Below, one piece after another: positions 10,990-22,545 of a DNA stretch of 43,518 nucleotides (its first letter is position 1; each line of letters starts with the position of its first letter). This DNA comes from Macrostomum lignano (taxonomy: Eukaryota). The notes beneath the pieces are model-generated. The model saw nothing but the letters and a program-made list of their open reading frames with translations. It was not told the DNA's origin and ran no database searches. The stretch covers positions 1 to 43,518 of the forward strand of contig NIVC01001282.1 in the NCBI GenBank assembly GCA_002269645.1. The letters run 5' to 3'. A program made the position numbers and the translations under genes.

Positions 10990-11521
10990 AAGAATTGTGT
11001 CAAATTTGAAGTTAATCGCTTTACGTGGAGCAAACTTATAGCAGCCGAAAGTTAGTCATTTTAAAACCTATTTACACCCTTTGTCCAGATCGGGAAAGAG
11101 AGGCAGGCGGGCGGAGGTTGGGGTGGCTGCCTCGCTGAAAAAAACAGCCTAACTTTAAAAGTGCACAACGCCGTTCAGAATTAACTTTAAAACTCGAAAT
11201 TTTACACGATTGTGTCAAAATAGTTGAAGATTGGGTGTGTCAAATTTGAAGAGAATCGGTTGAAGTGGAGCGGCGCTATGGGGGATTTAGTAAAAAAAAT
11301 CGCGCATTTTGAGCAGTTTTTTGTACTTTTAGGTGGGAAGACTTGAGTCTAGGAAATTTAAATGTAGCCTAAGACATTCTCCGTAGTAAGTTTAGGGTGG
11401 GTGTAAAGTTTGGTGTCATTTGGTTGAGCGGTTTGGGAGTCCATAGCGATCAAAATTGTCCACAGACAGACAGACAGACACACAGACAGACAGACAGAGT
11501 TTTGGTTTTTATAGGTATAGA
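10990..11521 (+). mobile_element. Possible non-autonomous Helentron-associated (HINE/DINE-like) element
   Basis: Repeated TGTGTCAAATTTGAAG..AATCG motif (about 10997 and 11237), a related third block near 11400, then a (CAGA)n run at 11462-11497 and a TTTTTATAGGTATAG end. This layout resembles DINE/HINE-type elements; assignment is by pattern recall only. Confidence 0.4.
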
Positions 11522-11824
11522 AAAGCTTTTCGTTCAAAAATACGAATTCTATTCTATTATATGTCATATGCCTAAAACCATTAAAATAGCATTGCTCGAC
11601 TCATTGATTTTATGAATCTACGAATATTTATCCTTCTTAGCTGACTGTGTAACAATATGTGTAACAGAGATGAGAAATGGATTCATACAACCAAAGAGTC
11701 GAGCAGTGCAATGCACTTTTATAATTTTTAGGGACAGGAAATGTACGTAGAATAAAATATTGACATAGTATCGATCATTTTTGCTAGGGTCAACGTGGAA
11801 TCGGACTTCGTTAAATAAATCCGT

Positions 11825-11830
11825 TTTATT
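11825..11830 (-). promoter_or_regulatory. Candidate poly(A) signal of the receptor gene
   Basis: AATAAA on the minus strand about 230 nt after the stop at 12063. Confidence 0.35.
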
Positions 11831-12062
11831 TGTAAACTTTTAGGGGAATGACTCTGGGTATCGTGCTCTTCTACTAGTCTGCAGTTTTACAAAAGAAATC
11901 AGTTACTTAGGCGTTACTTTTGAACTCGTGCACTGCTAAATAAGTATGGAAAGATAGAATAGCAGATTAAGAAAAGAGAAGTACGGCTCGTATCTAATTT
12001 GAAGACCAAATTAAAAATGATTTTTCATCCATTTCAGTAATCCTTTGGGATCCGTCATTGCT

Positions 12063-13322
12063 TCAAGCCGGATACGACCGGAACAAGAACGCGCCAATGA
12101 TGACGGCAGTGGCGGTCACTCCGAATAGCATCAGCAATCTCTCCACAGCTCGGGTCGCCACGGCCCAGTCCGACTCGGTCGGAGCATCGCCAACTTCTTC
12201 CGTCTTGTCTCGATCTGAAGCGTCGGCGGGCGACGGGCCCACCCGGTTCAGGCAGAGCAGGCGGCCCAGGAATTGGACGAAGACCGCTCGGGCGCAGGCC
12301 GACATGCGCGCGGTCGGCGACGCGAAGTGGAACCGCATGGTCAGCGACGTCAGCAGCAGCGACGCGGTGGATAGCACCATGGCGGCCGTGATGAACAGGG
12401 CGATGGCCGGCATGTCCTCCGACTTCGGCAGAATTCCGTCAAGCAGGAGCAGGAACACAGTGTAGCTGAGCATGATGGTGACGCCGAATCCCAGCTTCTC
12501 ACCGGAGTCAAGAGGCACAAAGTACAGCAGCAACTGCAGCAGAGTCAGCAGTAGTAGCGGAATGATCACATTAACTATGTAATACGTCGAAACGCGCTTT
12601 ATCTTCAGTGTTAGATGAAAAACGTTTATTGGAAAGATTTTGTTCTCAAAAATGTAGTAATCTTTTTTTTTAACTTCGGTAGTGGCTTCAGTCAGAATTT
12701 ATTCGCTGCTCTCCCTGTATATCGCAGTGATATTGTACCGAATTTCCGGATTAGCGATCACTGGTCGAATAAAGCGTTGGTATTCCATGTCATTCAAGAA
12801 CAGCAGAAGGCTACAGGAGTGATAATCAAATGGAAAATCAGCCATAACAAATTTGCAATAGAATTCGAACTCCCGTCGCCATTTGGTAGTCACCGAAGTC
12901 AAATTATCGTTGACCGAATTCAGCCCAACGTGGCTAAACGGCACCAGGACTTGCTCGGCACCATTGCCGTTGTATAGCATTATTTCTGGATGCCAAATGA
13001 GGGAAGCGTCCCATCGGGTGTAATTGAGGCCACCAAAGTCAGCCGGCTTCCACACGAGCCGCTCTTCATCTCTGGTCGTCTCCAAAAACAGCGACACTGT
13101 CATGCTCTGCTGTGCCGTGTCCACCGACACGATGTGGCTGAGCATGGCATTGAAGGATACGTCGAGCATCTTGTTGCGACTCGTAGTCCAGTTGATTCTC
13201 GGGAACAGCGCAGGACTGAAGCCAGGAATGTTTTTCAGGTATCGCTGGAGATTCGCTTCGAAGTCGGTAGCAGCCGAAGCCGCTGTCAGAAGACAGAGCA
13301 GCACTGAGGCAACAGTCAGCAT
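12063..13322 (-). CDS. Intronless divergent nicotinic acetylcholine receptor-like Cys-loop channel subunit, 419 codons, with one in-frame TAA at 12699-12701 (pseudogene or recoded)
   Basis: ATG 13322 and signal peptide MLTVASVLLCLLTAASA; RLVWKPADFGG; IWHPEIMLYN; Cys-loop CKFVMADFPFDYHSC. The frame stays open after the TAA (ILTEAT...LTLKIKRVSTYYIVNVIIP) into M1-M4, with M2 GEKLGFGVTIMLSYTVFLLLL and pre-M4 SDWAVATRAVERL. Confidence 0.88.
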
Positions 13323-15360
13323 TCTGCTTGCCCACAGGTCCTATTGTGTTTGTGTCGCGCTGATAAAGCTCGGCAGGAGCAAAGCAGTCGTGAGATAAAT
13401 GCCTGACTAAATATGCTACCGCATCTCGGAGCAAATATATGTAGCTCGTATTTGCCAAATCAAATTGAATGCATCATCCGGCATCGGTTGATTTGGATAT
13501 TGCAAATATAAGCTGCAATGTAAATTGGCATTGGCATTTGTTTCTCCCTCTCCCTCACTCGCAAAACCACATGATTAGTTGTTTGCTTATGGCAACCATG
13601 CAGTTCAGGCAACTGGTTTTATGTTTGTCGTTCTGATCTGCGGATTAGAGATTAGGTCCCTACTACCGTTACTAACGAATTGTGTTAATTACTAATGGGT
13701 AGTTCGCTGCCAACAGACTAATCAATATCCCTTCATATTATAGGGTTGAACAACAAGTCGATTTTTTTATTTTAAAACTTTTACCGTCAAGACAGGCTGT
13801 CAACAATGTTATTAATATGCATCAGGAGCGAGCATAAGTTCCTTCCTTTATTTGATTGTGGACTCATTTTAGTCCCCTATTTAATCGGCGAAATTTCCTT
13901 ACCTCTTCGATTTTATTAATATATTAGCTGACTCAGACTTGTGAAAGAAAATATCCGAAACAAAACTAAAGGAATACTTTTCGAAAAGCTCAACTGCTCT
14001 TTTCTCTAAGTAATAATCAAACATATTTAATAAATTCATTAACTTTTCATTATTTTTCAATAACTTTTTACTCATTTTTCAAAAGCAAAAACAGCATTAC
14101 AACACCATCCTAAATTAGATATACAGTGCAAAAATCTACCTGTTGGTGACTTGAGCCAAATTAACGACTTTAATAATGTCCACGTGCACGTTTATTGACA
14201 CGATGAATTTGATCGAAACTATTTTGGGCGGTTTGAATTTGTTACTCAATCAATTAAAACTATAGAAATACGAAACGATAGAAATTCAATATTTGCATTG
14301 AAGTGCGCTGTCGCTCTTGCAGATGCAGGCAGTCTACAGGACTGATTGACAATTAGTTACTGTAGACGCCCAAGAAAATATAGTACACTCAGAAACATTG
14401 AAAAGTCGCCACTCATGCGCCAGTAAGCAATTTCTCTTGGACCATTCTGCAATAAAGGATACGAGAAAACTGATCGGGGTAGCTTTAATCTGTCCAACCC
14501 TCGCACACCGCTCCCCCCACTTCATTCCTCAACTCAAGCCGGCCGCAGCGTAGCAAGTTGCGTCACTCACAAAGATGAGAGACTGTACTTGCACTCTCAA
14601 AAGTGGCGACCACAGACGAAACAAGGATTTCTACTACTTAAGTACTTAATATATACGTTACTTTATTCATCCTTGAGACGAAAGTTTCTGTGATGGGAAC
14701 TTTTCGATGTTGCTGAGTATATGTGATTGGCCAGCAAGAAAGGTGTGCATCGGGCTGAGTGGCGCACAACAAGAACGTTCCAACAAGCAGCCTACTACAT
14801 GTTGTGAGGCGTCAGTTGCCGTCATCACAGCCGTTACTGTGCCTGGGCAATGCTAAGAACATAGACTACATGGAGGCTGCATGCATTATGACCATATAAT
14901 ATTGTCCCAAGAAGATAGTATCACCATAAACTAATGTTTAAGGAGATAATAAGATAGGACGACAAAATTAATTTTGGTTCAACGGTATTATTCTTAGTTG
15001 TCCATGCATCCGTGGCATCATTTATTTCAAGTTGTTTTGCTCACACCGGTGTAGTGACTGACATTTCAGTGGATGTACATTTCAGTGGACTGGCTAATGC
15101 AATAAGCCAGCTACTGGCTAATACAGAATCTGTGGGCTAATGTACATTATTGCTGAACCAATTAGCAAGTTGTTTACGTCTGCCAGCTTGGGCTTCTAAG
15201 CTTATCAAAGTCGTTTCAGCTGCCTTTATTTTTATAAAATAGCTTATGTATTCTTCTTTGCTACTGAACTGAAAGCAGAATGCTGTTTTTAGCATGGATT
15301 AAGGAATAACATGGAAAAAAATTAACATACACTCGTATAATACTAATTTTCTAGACGAAA

Positions 15361-15570
15361 AGCTTTATGAATATCAATAGAGCTATAAGAAAGGCAAAAC
15401 ATATCAAAAGATGAACATTAAGTCTGCCTCTCTTATCGAAAGCAATAACAATTTTAATATGAAAAGTGAAAACTACGAGTATTTCCATAGCGTATTTTTC
15501 GGCGTAAACCAGCCTCTTTAACATTTTCTAAGAAACATGTTTCCCGTCCTTCTACTAGAGTAGTCCTTGG
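15361..15570 (-). repeat. Dispersed repeat, right copy of the inverted pair
   Basis: Inverted match to 8362-8541. Carries an extra segment of about 30 bp beginning TTAA (15518-15521) after GGCGTAAACCAGCCTCT. Confidence 0.75.
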
Positions 15571-17188
15571 GTAATTGTAACGTTACTCGCGTGTGACTAA
15601 AATACTAATTAATGCCTAAATTTCTATTTTCAGATTTAAAGAAGCGTTTGTTACTAGCAGCAGTAGTCTGTAAAGAGAGTATTATGTACACCGATTTCTT
15701 GCTTCCTTCTACCAAAAACCCACTGAAGCAGCAATAATGGGGCAGCCAGGTGATCCAGAAGCGAGAGAAAAATTGGGCAATTTCAGATCTCTACAAGAAA
15801 GAATTTGAAGCAAGTCGGTCGGCCCGGCCCCGTTTTCGTGGAGAAATCGATCAGCCCAACAGTGATTGACAAGGCCTCCAATATATGCGCCAAACGATGC
15901 TGAGCTTGGGCACAGATGGCGGAAACTCGTGCGCCCCCACCCGCCCGCCACTCCATTGGTCATGCGATGTTTCAAGGAGCTTGAGCTTATCGATAATTCG
16001 ACTATACTGATTGGTGAGAGTGCTCCCAATAATCCACTCAAGAGGCCTGCCGTGTGGCTGCTCTTGCCCTCGGGGGTTTAGTTGCTGGAATGGAAAGTCA
16101 CCACCTGGGAGTTGACCGTCTGCTGCTGGGAGAATAGAGTCTGTTTTATTCCCCTCTGGGAGTTCCCTGCTGGTGGCACCCTGTTAGTAATTATTCATTA
16201 CTAAAGTGTACAACCCACGGTAGCCCGGTCTGTATCATGTCCTCGGCTCCAGGTAAAATGGAGGTGTGATCGGAAAAGTTTATGAGTGGGAAAATTATCC
16301 CAAAGTGTGACTGAGGCATCTACAATGAGTGGGCACCATGGCGACATCGTACCACAACTAGAGCTGAGGGTGTACAGCGGCCCTGGCTTCCCAATCGTCA
16401 GGCATGTACAGTCTCTGTGTCTTGGGGGTCGGCCCTTTGTGTTTTTGAATCGCCCAACAACTTCCTGGCTGCGCTGGGAATCGAACCCTCGTATACAAAG
16501 TAAAGTCCCGTAGTAATAAAACTTTGACTCCCGATATTTGATATCTCTAATTTCTGTGCTTCAGCAACTTTTCGTATATTGCCATTTGCATGTTTTCCTT
16601 ATAGTGTGCAAAGTGAGACAGGCGGGCTGGCAGGAGTCTGGTGATATTTGGAATCTGCAGGCGCTGCGAAAAAAACTTCTGCCTTAATTCCTCCCGTCGG
16701 GAACTAGACCAGGGCGGTGAGATGCAGGAGGCTGAGTCAGTCAATAAAGCGACTCATGGCTTGGAGCTGCGGCAGCGGAGGCCGCATCCTTATACACGAT
16801 GGATATCAGCTCTGGGTAAACTGGCTCGCGCGCAAATTGGTACGCGCGAATTCTGCGAGTTTAGCGACGGGAATCGAGGCCGGAGGGGAGGGGAGGGGGG
16901 ACAACAATGATTCTCCCCAGTGTTTTGTTTGCCCGAAGCAAATTCGGACGAAGCCGTCTCACCTTGTCGAGCAGCGAGCGCCGAGGGCAAACACGTGCCG
17001 GGTTCCCACAAATTTCTTTTGGGGAGCTTCGGCATCAGCTCGAGGGCGGTGGAGTTGCAGACTTGGTGTCTGGACAGATGGCAAACTTCACTAAACTTCT
17101 GGGCGCTCTCGCAAGACCTAAATTTCCCATCACGGAAAATTTTCCTCAAAGTAGAAGCTTGCAAATTTTTGTCTTATGAAAGCGTTCC

Positions 17189-17341
17189 TAAGACCTAAAC
17201 TTCACAACGCCTAAATTTCACAACGCCTTAAATCTCTGCTTCTCTCCTTCACATTCAGTTTTAGGCGTTGTGAAATTAGGCGATATGAAATTTAGGCGAT
17301 GTGAAGTCATGTGCTTTAGGCGTTGTGAAATTTAGGTCTTA
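17189..17341. mobile_element. Small palindromic MITE-like element
   Basis: Left TAAGACCTAAACTTCACAACGCCTAAA versus right TTTAGGCGTTGTGAAATTTAGGTCTTA (inverted, one mismatch in 27). Internal repeats of AGGCG(T/A)TGTGAA; a further AAGACCTAAATTTC near 17114. Confidence 0.65.
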
Positions 17342-19101
17342 TGAAGAGGGTGCTTACGATATTTGATGATTATTTTGCATTTATGTCACCCCACTCTAGG
17401 AGAGGGTGGTTTCTATACCAAAATTCTAGGCATTAGAAGTCCATGCACAGGTGTTATCTGGCTCGTGTATGCGCGGAGGAACTCGTGCAAGATGCTGGCT
17501 CATGCAAGCCCTGTGGGAGAGCGGAATTATCAGCAGTCGCTCTGCAGGCAGCTGCGTAAGAATTCAACAGCAAAGACTCACACAACACCCATCACCGTGA
17601 GGCTGATTTAGCTGAAGGCTAAACAATAGCTTCTGCATCAGAATGCTCAGTGTGGAGGGCTCGCATCGCAGCTCCGCTATTCCAATTCAGCCGCGACTTC
17701 AAAGCCAACCGGGAGGCGATGAAGCGGAGGAGGCCTCGCGGCATTGTCAATCATTTGATTGAGGCAGCTATTTTGTTTTCAATCCGACTTCAATGGCAAA
17801 ACGGCGCTCGCTTCAGCGATTGAATTTAATGAACCGATTTTTTGAGCAGCTTTGATAGAAATAATTTCTAGTTAATTCAGCCTCACTGCGACTGAGAAGG
17901 CGGCTTGCAGCAGGTGAGATTTCTCACCATCCCCTCTCACCTGGGCTGCAAACTGCCTGCCTGTCTTTATCCTGTGATTAGCGGCCCAGTGAATAATTAA
18001 TTATCAGTAGCAGCGGGGGGCCCCAAGAGACTCCGGGTGGAATTAAATTGAATTTTTAATGACTGTCCGAGCAGCGATCTCACGGGCTGCAAGTGCAGGA
18101 TTTGCAGGGCCGATGGAGGCCTTGGCCCAAGGGTTTGTGTTGCGATTTCTTTTTTTCTTCTGCACTCGCCAAGCATTGTTGGCGGGGGGGGCTTCTTCAA
18201 TTTGCTGATATCCCCCCAGCCTTTTCTCCACGCCCCCCTCTTTATATCCACCCTGTGGCTCTCGCCTGCCAGCCCGCGGCGACCGGAGTCGCTTGTCCAA
18301 ATTTTTCGGATTGAATTTTTCCGCCCCTCCGTACAGCGGCTGACTCCAGCAGGGCTCCAGCGATGAGCAGGCGGGGTAGCGGCTGCCGCCACTTCTACGA
18401 GTATATGACACCCTTGGGAAATTAGCAAATAACATTTTCGGCCAGGGCTTGTAAGCCTATAAAGCTTAGTTAGTAGCGATCGGATTGAAGGAGTGAGTTG
18501 AGAGTGAGTGGGTGGGTAGGTGAGGTGGCCCCCGGGGCGGCTCCCTCATCAATTCCGATTCGTCGTTAAAGCGAAGATCAGCAGCAGCAGTAGTATCTTT
18601 TCTAGGACAAGTAGCCCAGTCTGGCGGACAGGGTAGGCAAGATTTCCGACTGAAATCCTGGCATGGTTTTGAGTGGCTCAACAGCAGTTCAACAGCAAGA
18701 CAACTTGAGCATCGTATGGAGACAAAATATGATTTATCAGACAACTTCGATTAACAGCCTGGGGAAATGGAAGATCTCATATATTCATAAAAAGGGGATC
18801 CAAAAAGGGGCTCAAAGTTGTCTGTGTTGATAAGCTTGCATGCAGACTTCTCAAAGCCAATGAGAGCGGTTTGTGCTCACAGCTACTCAACCAATGACCT
18901 GCAGGGCTGAGAGGCAATCACTCACCGGGTGGGGGGGGGACTGGATGAGGAGGCAGAGGGAGGGGACGCTTGGTGGTATCTGAGAATTAATAAACACACG
19001 CGCGGATCTGAAGTACCAGCAGGTCGTCAGGTGTCGTGAGGTGTTACGGTTTGCAGTCTCAATTTCACTTAGAGGGAATCTAAACAAACAACAGCAGCGC
19101 C

Positions 19102-21709
19102 ATGACCCCGCGGACCGGTCCCGCACTGCTGCTGGCTCTGGCCGTCGCTCTGCGCGCTGCCGTCGCTATCTCGAAGCCTCGCGTCGTCAGCCTGACCGTC
19201 GCCGAGGAGACGGCCGCCAATCACGTGGTCGGCAACCTGAAGAGCCGTTTCAGCCTGCCGGATGGAAGCCGGTTCGTGGCCAGCTACCCGACGAAGGAAA
19301 TCCGGGAGCTGTTCCCGGTGAACCGGGACACCGGTGAGGTGGTCACCGGCCGGCGCCGGTTGGACCGGGAGGCGCTGTGTCCCGGCGCCAAGCGGATCAG
19401 CTGCGAACGGGCCTTCAACGTGGAAGTCCGGCACGGCGGCTCCGCGGTCGAGGAGCTGTTCGCCATTCACGTGGTCATCACGGATGTCAACGACCAGCGG
19501 CCGCGGTTCCTCCAGGCCAACCGGCCGTTCGCACTGAGCATCGCCGAGTCCGACCAGCCACCAGTGAAGTACTCGCTGCCCATCGCGGAGGACGCCGACT
19601 CCGAGCGACACGACGGCGTCGCCTACCGCCTGCTGCCGAAAGACGACGCCGGCCAACACTTCAAGCTGTCGATGGGGGACCGCAGAGGCCGCCGAGTGCC
19701 AATGCTGGAGCTGATCAAGCAGCTGGACCGGGAGGCCAAGGACAGCTACCGGATGGAGCTGCTGGCCGGAGACGCTGAGTTCCCCGACGATGGCGAACGG
19801 CTTGAGATCCTGGTTCGTGTGCTGGACACCAACGACAATCGGCCGGTGTGGCGACTCGCCAGCGGCCGACTGGCCGTGTCCGAGTGCGGCCCGCTGCACC
19901 GGCCGCTGCTGCAGCTGTCCGCCACCGACGCGGACGAGGACAAGCGAATCCGCTACAGGATCGCCGGCACGGCCAGCCCGGAGGTCGCCGGTTCGTTTTA
20001 CATCTCCGTCGATCAGCTGATGCAGAACCGATCGCTGGACTACGAAACCGTACGCCAGAGGCCGCTGTACCTGCCGCTGTTCGCCGAGGACTCCGGCGGA
20101 CTGAAGACCGAGGCAGAGATTGAAATACGCGTCACCGACTGCAACGATCACTACCCGAACATCAGCGTGCAGCTCATCGACGGCAGACCGGCGGCGGTGC
20201 GCGAGAACGACGTAGCCGAGGTGCTGCTGGCCCGAGTGATCGTCCGCGACGAAGACGAAGGCGAAAACGGCAGCGTCAGTTGCGCGATCTCCGAGGCGCA
20301 GCGGCATCAGTTCGAGCTGCAGCAGCTGCTGGCGGACGGGTCGCATGTGAGCTACAAGCTGCGCAAAGTGCCCGGCGTGACCTTCGACAGGGAGGCAGCG
20401 ACGGTGCGTGACGGGCGCTGGGTCGGCGTCGAGATCGCCTGCCGGGACCAAGCTGTGCAGCCCAAGGAGCGCCGCTCCGAGGTGCAGGTGGAGATTCTGG
20501 ACGAGAACGACAACAGCCCGGTGCCCGACCGGCTGCTGTACCAGTTTCGGACGGCCGAGAACCAGGCGGCCGGCGCCCTGGTTGGCCGCATCGGCGCTAC
20601 CGACCGCGACGCCGGGGAGAACGCGCGGCTCAGCTACAGATTCGCCGACAGCATCGGCGAGCAGTTCTTTGAGCTGCGGCCGAGTCGCGGGTCGGACAGC
20701 AGCGTCGACTTGCTGACGCTGGTCAGCCTGGACCGGGAGATCCGCGACCGGTTTAACTTCGGGATTGTCGTATCGGACAACGGCAAGCCCGTTCAGCAGT
20801 CGGCCACAATCTCCGTGGAGGTGGTCGTCGAGGACGAAGATGACTCGCCGCCAGTCTTTGTGAACAAAGAGTATAGCTTCAGCCTGACCGAGGACTATGG
20901 CAGGAACACTTCCGAGAGGTTCATCGGCGAAGTTCAAGCAACGGATGCGGACGCCGGCAGCAACGCCAGGATCCGGTACGAGGTCATCGGTGGCGGCGGC
21001 GGCACCCGAGCCAGCTTCTTCTTTCGTGACAACCGGCTGTACGCGCGCGGCAATCTTGACAGGGAGCGCCAGGAGCTGCTCAGCCTGCAGCTCCGCGCAG
21101 TCGGGATCCTCGACACCAGCAGGACCGGCTCAGCGCACGCGACCGTCACCCTGCTGGATGTGAACGACAACCCGCCAGAGTTCACCGGCCTGGCCACCTG
21201 GAGCAACCTCAGCGACGCCAGCCCGGCTGGCACGCAGGTAACGCAGCTGCGGGCTGTCGATCCGGACGCGGGAGCGAACGGCAGCGTGACCTTCGGGCTT
21301 GTGGGCTCCGACCACGGCCACTTCAGCATCGACCCGATGCACGGAATCGTTACGCTGGTGAAGGCGCTGCCGAGAGGCGCCGAGAAAGACGACGTTGACT
21401 CCTCAGCCGTGTTCCGACTGGTTGTCAGGGTGAGCGACGGCGGACAGCCGCCGTTGAGCAGCCGGGCGGAGTCGCTGTACATTCGCGTGGTTGACATCAC
21501 GGCCGGAGCCGCTGGCGGTGGCAGCGGTCGCGCTCCCGACGGCGGAACGCTTCAAGGCGCAGGTCGGCGAAGTCCCCAGGGCAAAGGCGGAGGCGGAGGT
21601 CGCGGCATGGACGCTGAGCAGCACGTGCTGATCCTGCTGTGCCTGGCCGGTGTCGTGTTCCTGGTCTTCGTGCTGCTGCTCGGCGTGCTCGTCTACGTGC
21701 ACTTGAGAG
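19102..21709 (+). CDS. Protocadherin (7 EC repeats, delta-1-like architecture), exon 1: signal peptide, ectodomain and TM
   Basis: Signal peptide; seven cadherin repeats with DRE/DYE and DxNDNxP motifs; EC1 DREALC-x7-C; TM VLILLCLAGVVFLVFVLLLGVLVYV; donor AG|GTGAGT at 21710 (phase 1). Confidence 0.93.
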
Positions 21710-22100
21710 GTGAGTCGGCCGCTACAGCGGTTGTGTGGAAAGTTTTAAGATTTTGAGCAAAGACATCCCTAAAGATGTTTCATTGGAATTCCGAATCCCA
21801 GGTTGCTTCACTTTGTATTCCCCAACATCCAATGAGGCTGCCCTTTTAGTTTCAATCAGGAAATGCAGTTCATTGAAAGACAGCCAGAAGAAAAAGCCAA
21901 ATCAATCAGAAAAAGCAACAAGCTTCAGAAGTTCCCCTTTTTGCTTTGATTTGCTCGATCTCTGTGCCCGCACACAAAGCTTGTTACTTCTGTTTGCCGG
22001 TCGATAAAGTCGCTCAGTTAAGCCGCTTATGTAGGGCGGCGATTCTGAGACAAAGGGAAATGGCAAGTATTTTGATTACCTATACTCTCCAACTTGCCAG

Positions 22101-22168
22101 GTCGCCAACAAGAGGCTGCAGCCGCCAACACGACCGCTTCTTGGTACGACAAGGCCAACGAGAATGCG
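22101..22168 (+). CDS. Protocadherin exon 2 (68 nt)
   Basis: Acceptor CTCTCCAACTTGCCAG, donor GCG|GTGAGG. Phase 1 in and phase 0 out exactly reconciles exon 1 with exon 3; encodes (G)RQQEAAAANTTASWYDKANENA. Confidence 0.75.
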
Positions 22169-22398
22169 GTGAGGCCGGATTTCATTCCTGTTCATAACAA
22201 AGAAAGGAATAAAAATATTAATATGGAATCCTAAGGAAAATGATGCCTAAAGCAAGAAAAGCATCAGCTCTGAAAGCCAGATATCTAGCCTAAGATACCA
22301 GCACCCACAGTGGGCTTTGGCATCAAGGCCTCTCTTTAAGCCCTGACTCTAACTCGCACTTTGATGCTTTGGCCAACCAAAAACTTCCAATTGACCCT

Positions 22399-22545
22399 CG
22401 GGGTTGTAGCCTAGTGGTTAAAGCATAGGACTCAGGAATGAAGGTTGGGGGTTCGATTCCCGATCCCACAGGAACAATTTGTGTCCTTCAGCAAGACGCT
22501 TAACTCTGCATTGCTTCAGTTCACCTAGCTGTAAAATGGGTGCCC
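22399..22545 (+). mobile_element. tRNA-derived SINE with CORE (MIR-like) domain; 3' end not defined
   Basis: A box TAGCCTAGTGG (22407-22417) and B box GGTTCGATTCC (22450-22460). These are followed by GTGTCCTTCAGCAAGACGCTTAAC...CTTCAGTTCACCTAGCTGTAAAATGGG, which resembles the CORE consensus (CCTTGGGCAAGTCACTTAAC...CTCAGTTTCCTCATCTGTAAAATGGG). Confidence 0.75.

Noticed and set aside
15709-16081. ORFs on both strands as LINE endonuclease remnants
   Set aside because: Only a faint SG...VGF resemblance; not enough to support a call.
16476-16488. tRNA B box GGGTTCGATTCCC on the minus strand
   Set aside because: No upstream A box or cloverleaf; at most a truncated SINE or LINE head whose family I cannot identify.
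19069-20937. 622-aa minus-strand ORF
   Set aside because: Antisense shadow of the GC3-rich protocadherin exon; no recognisable domain.
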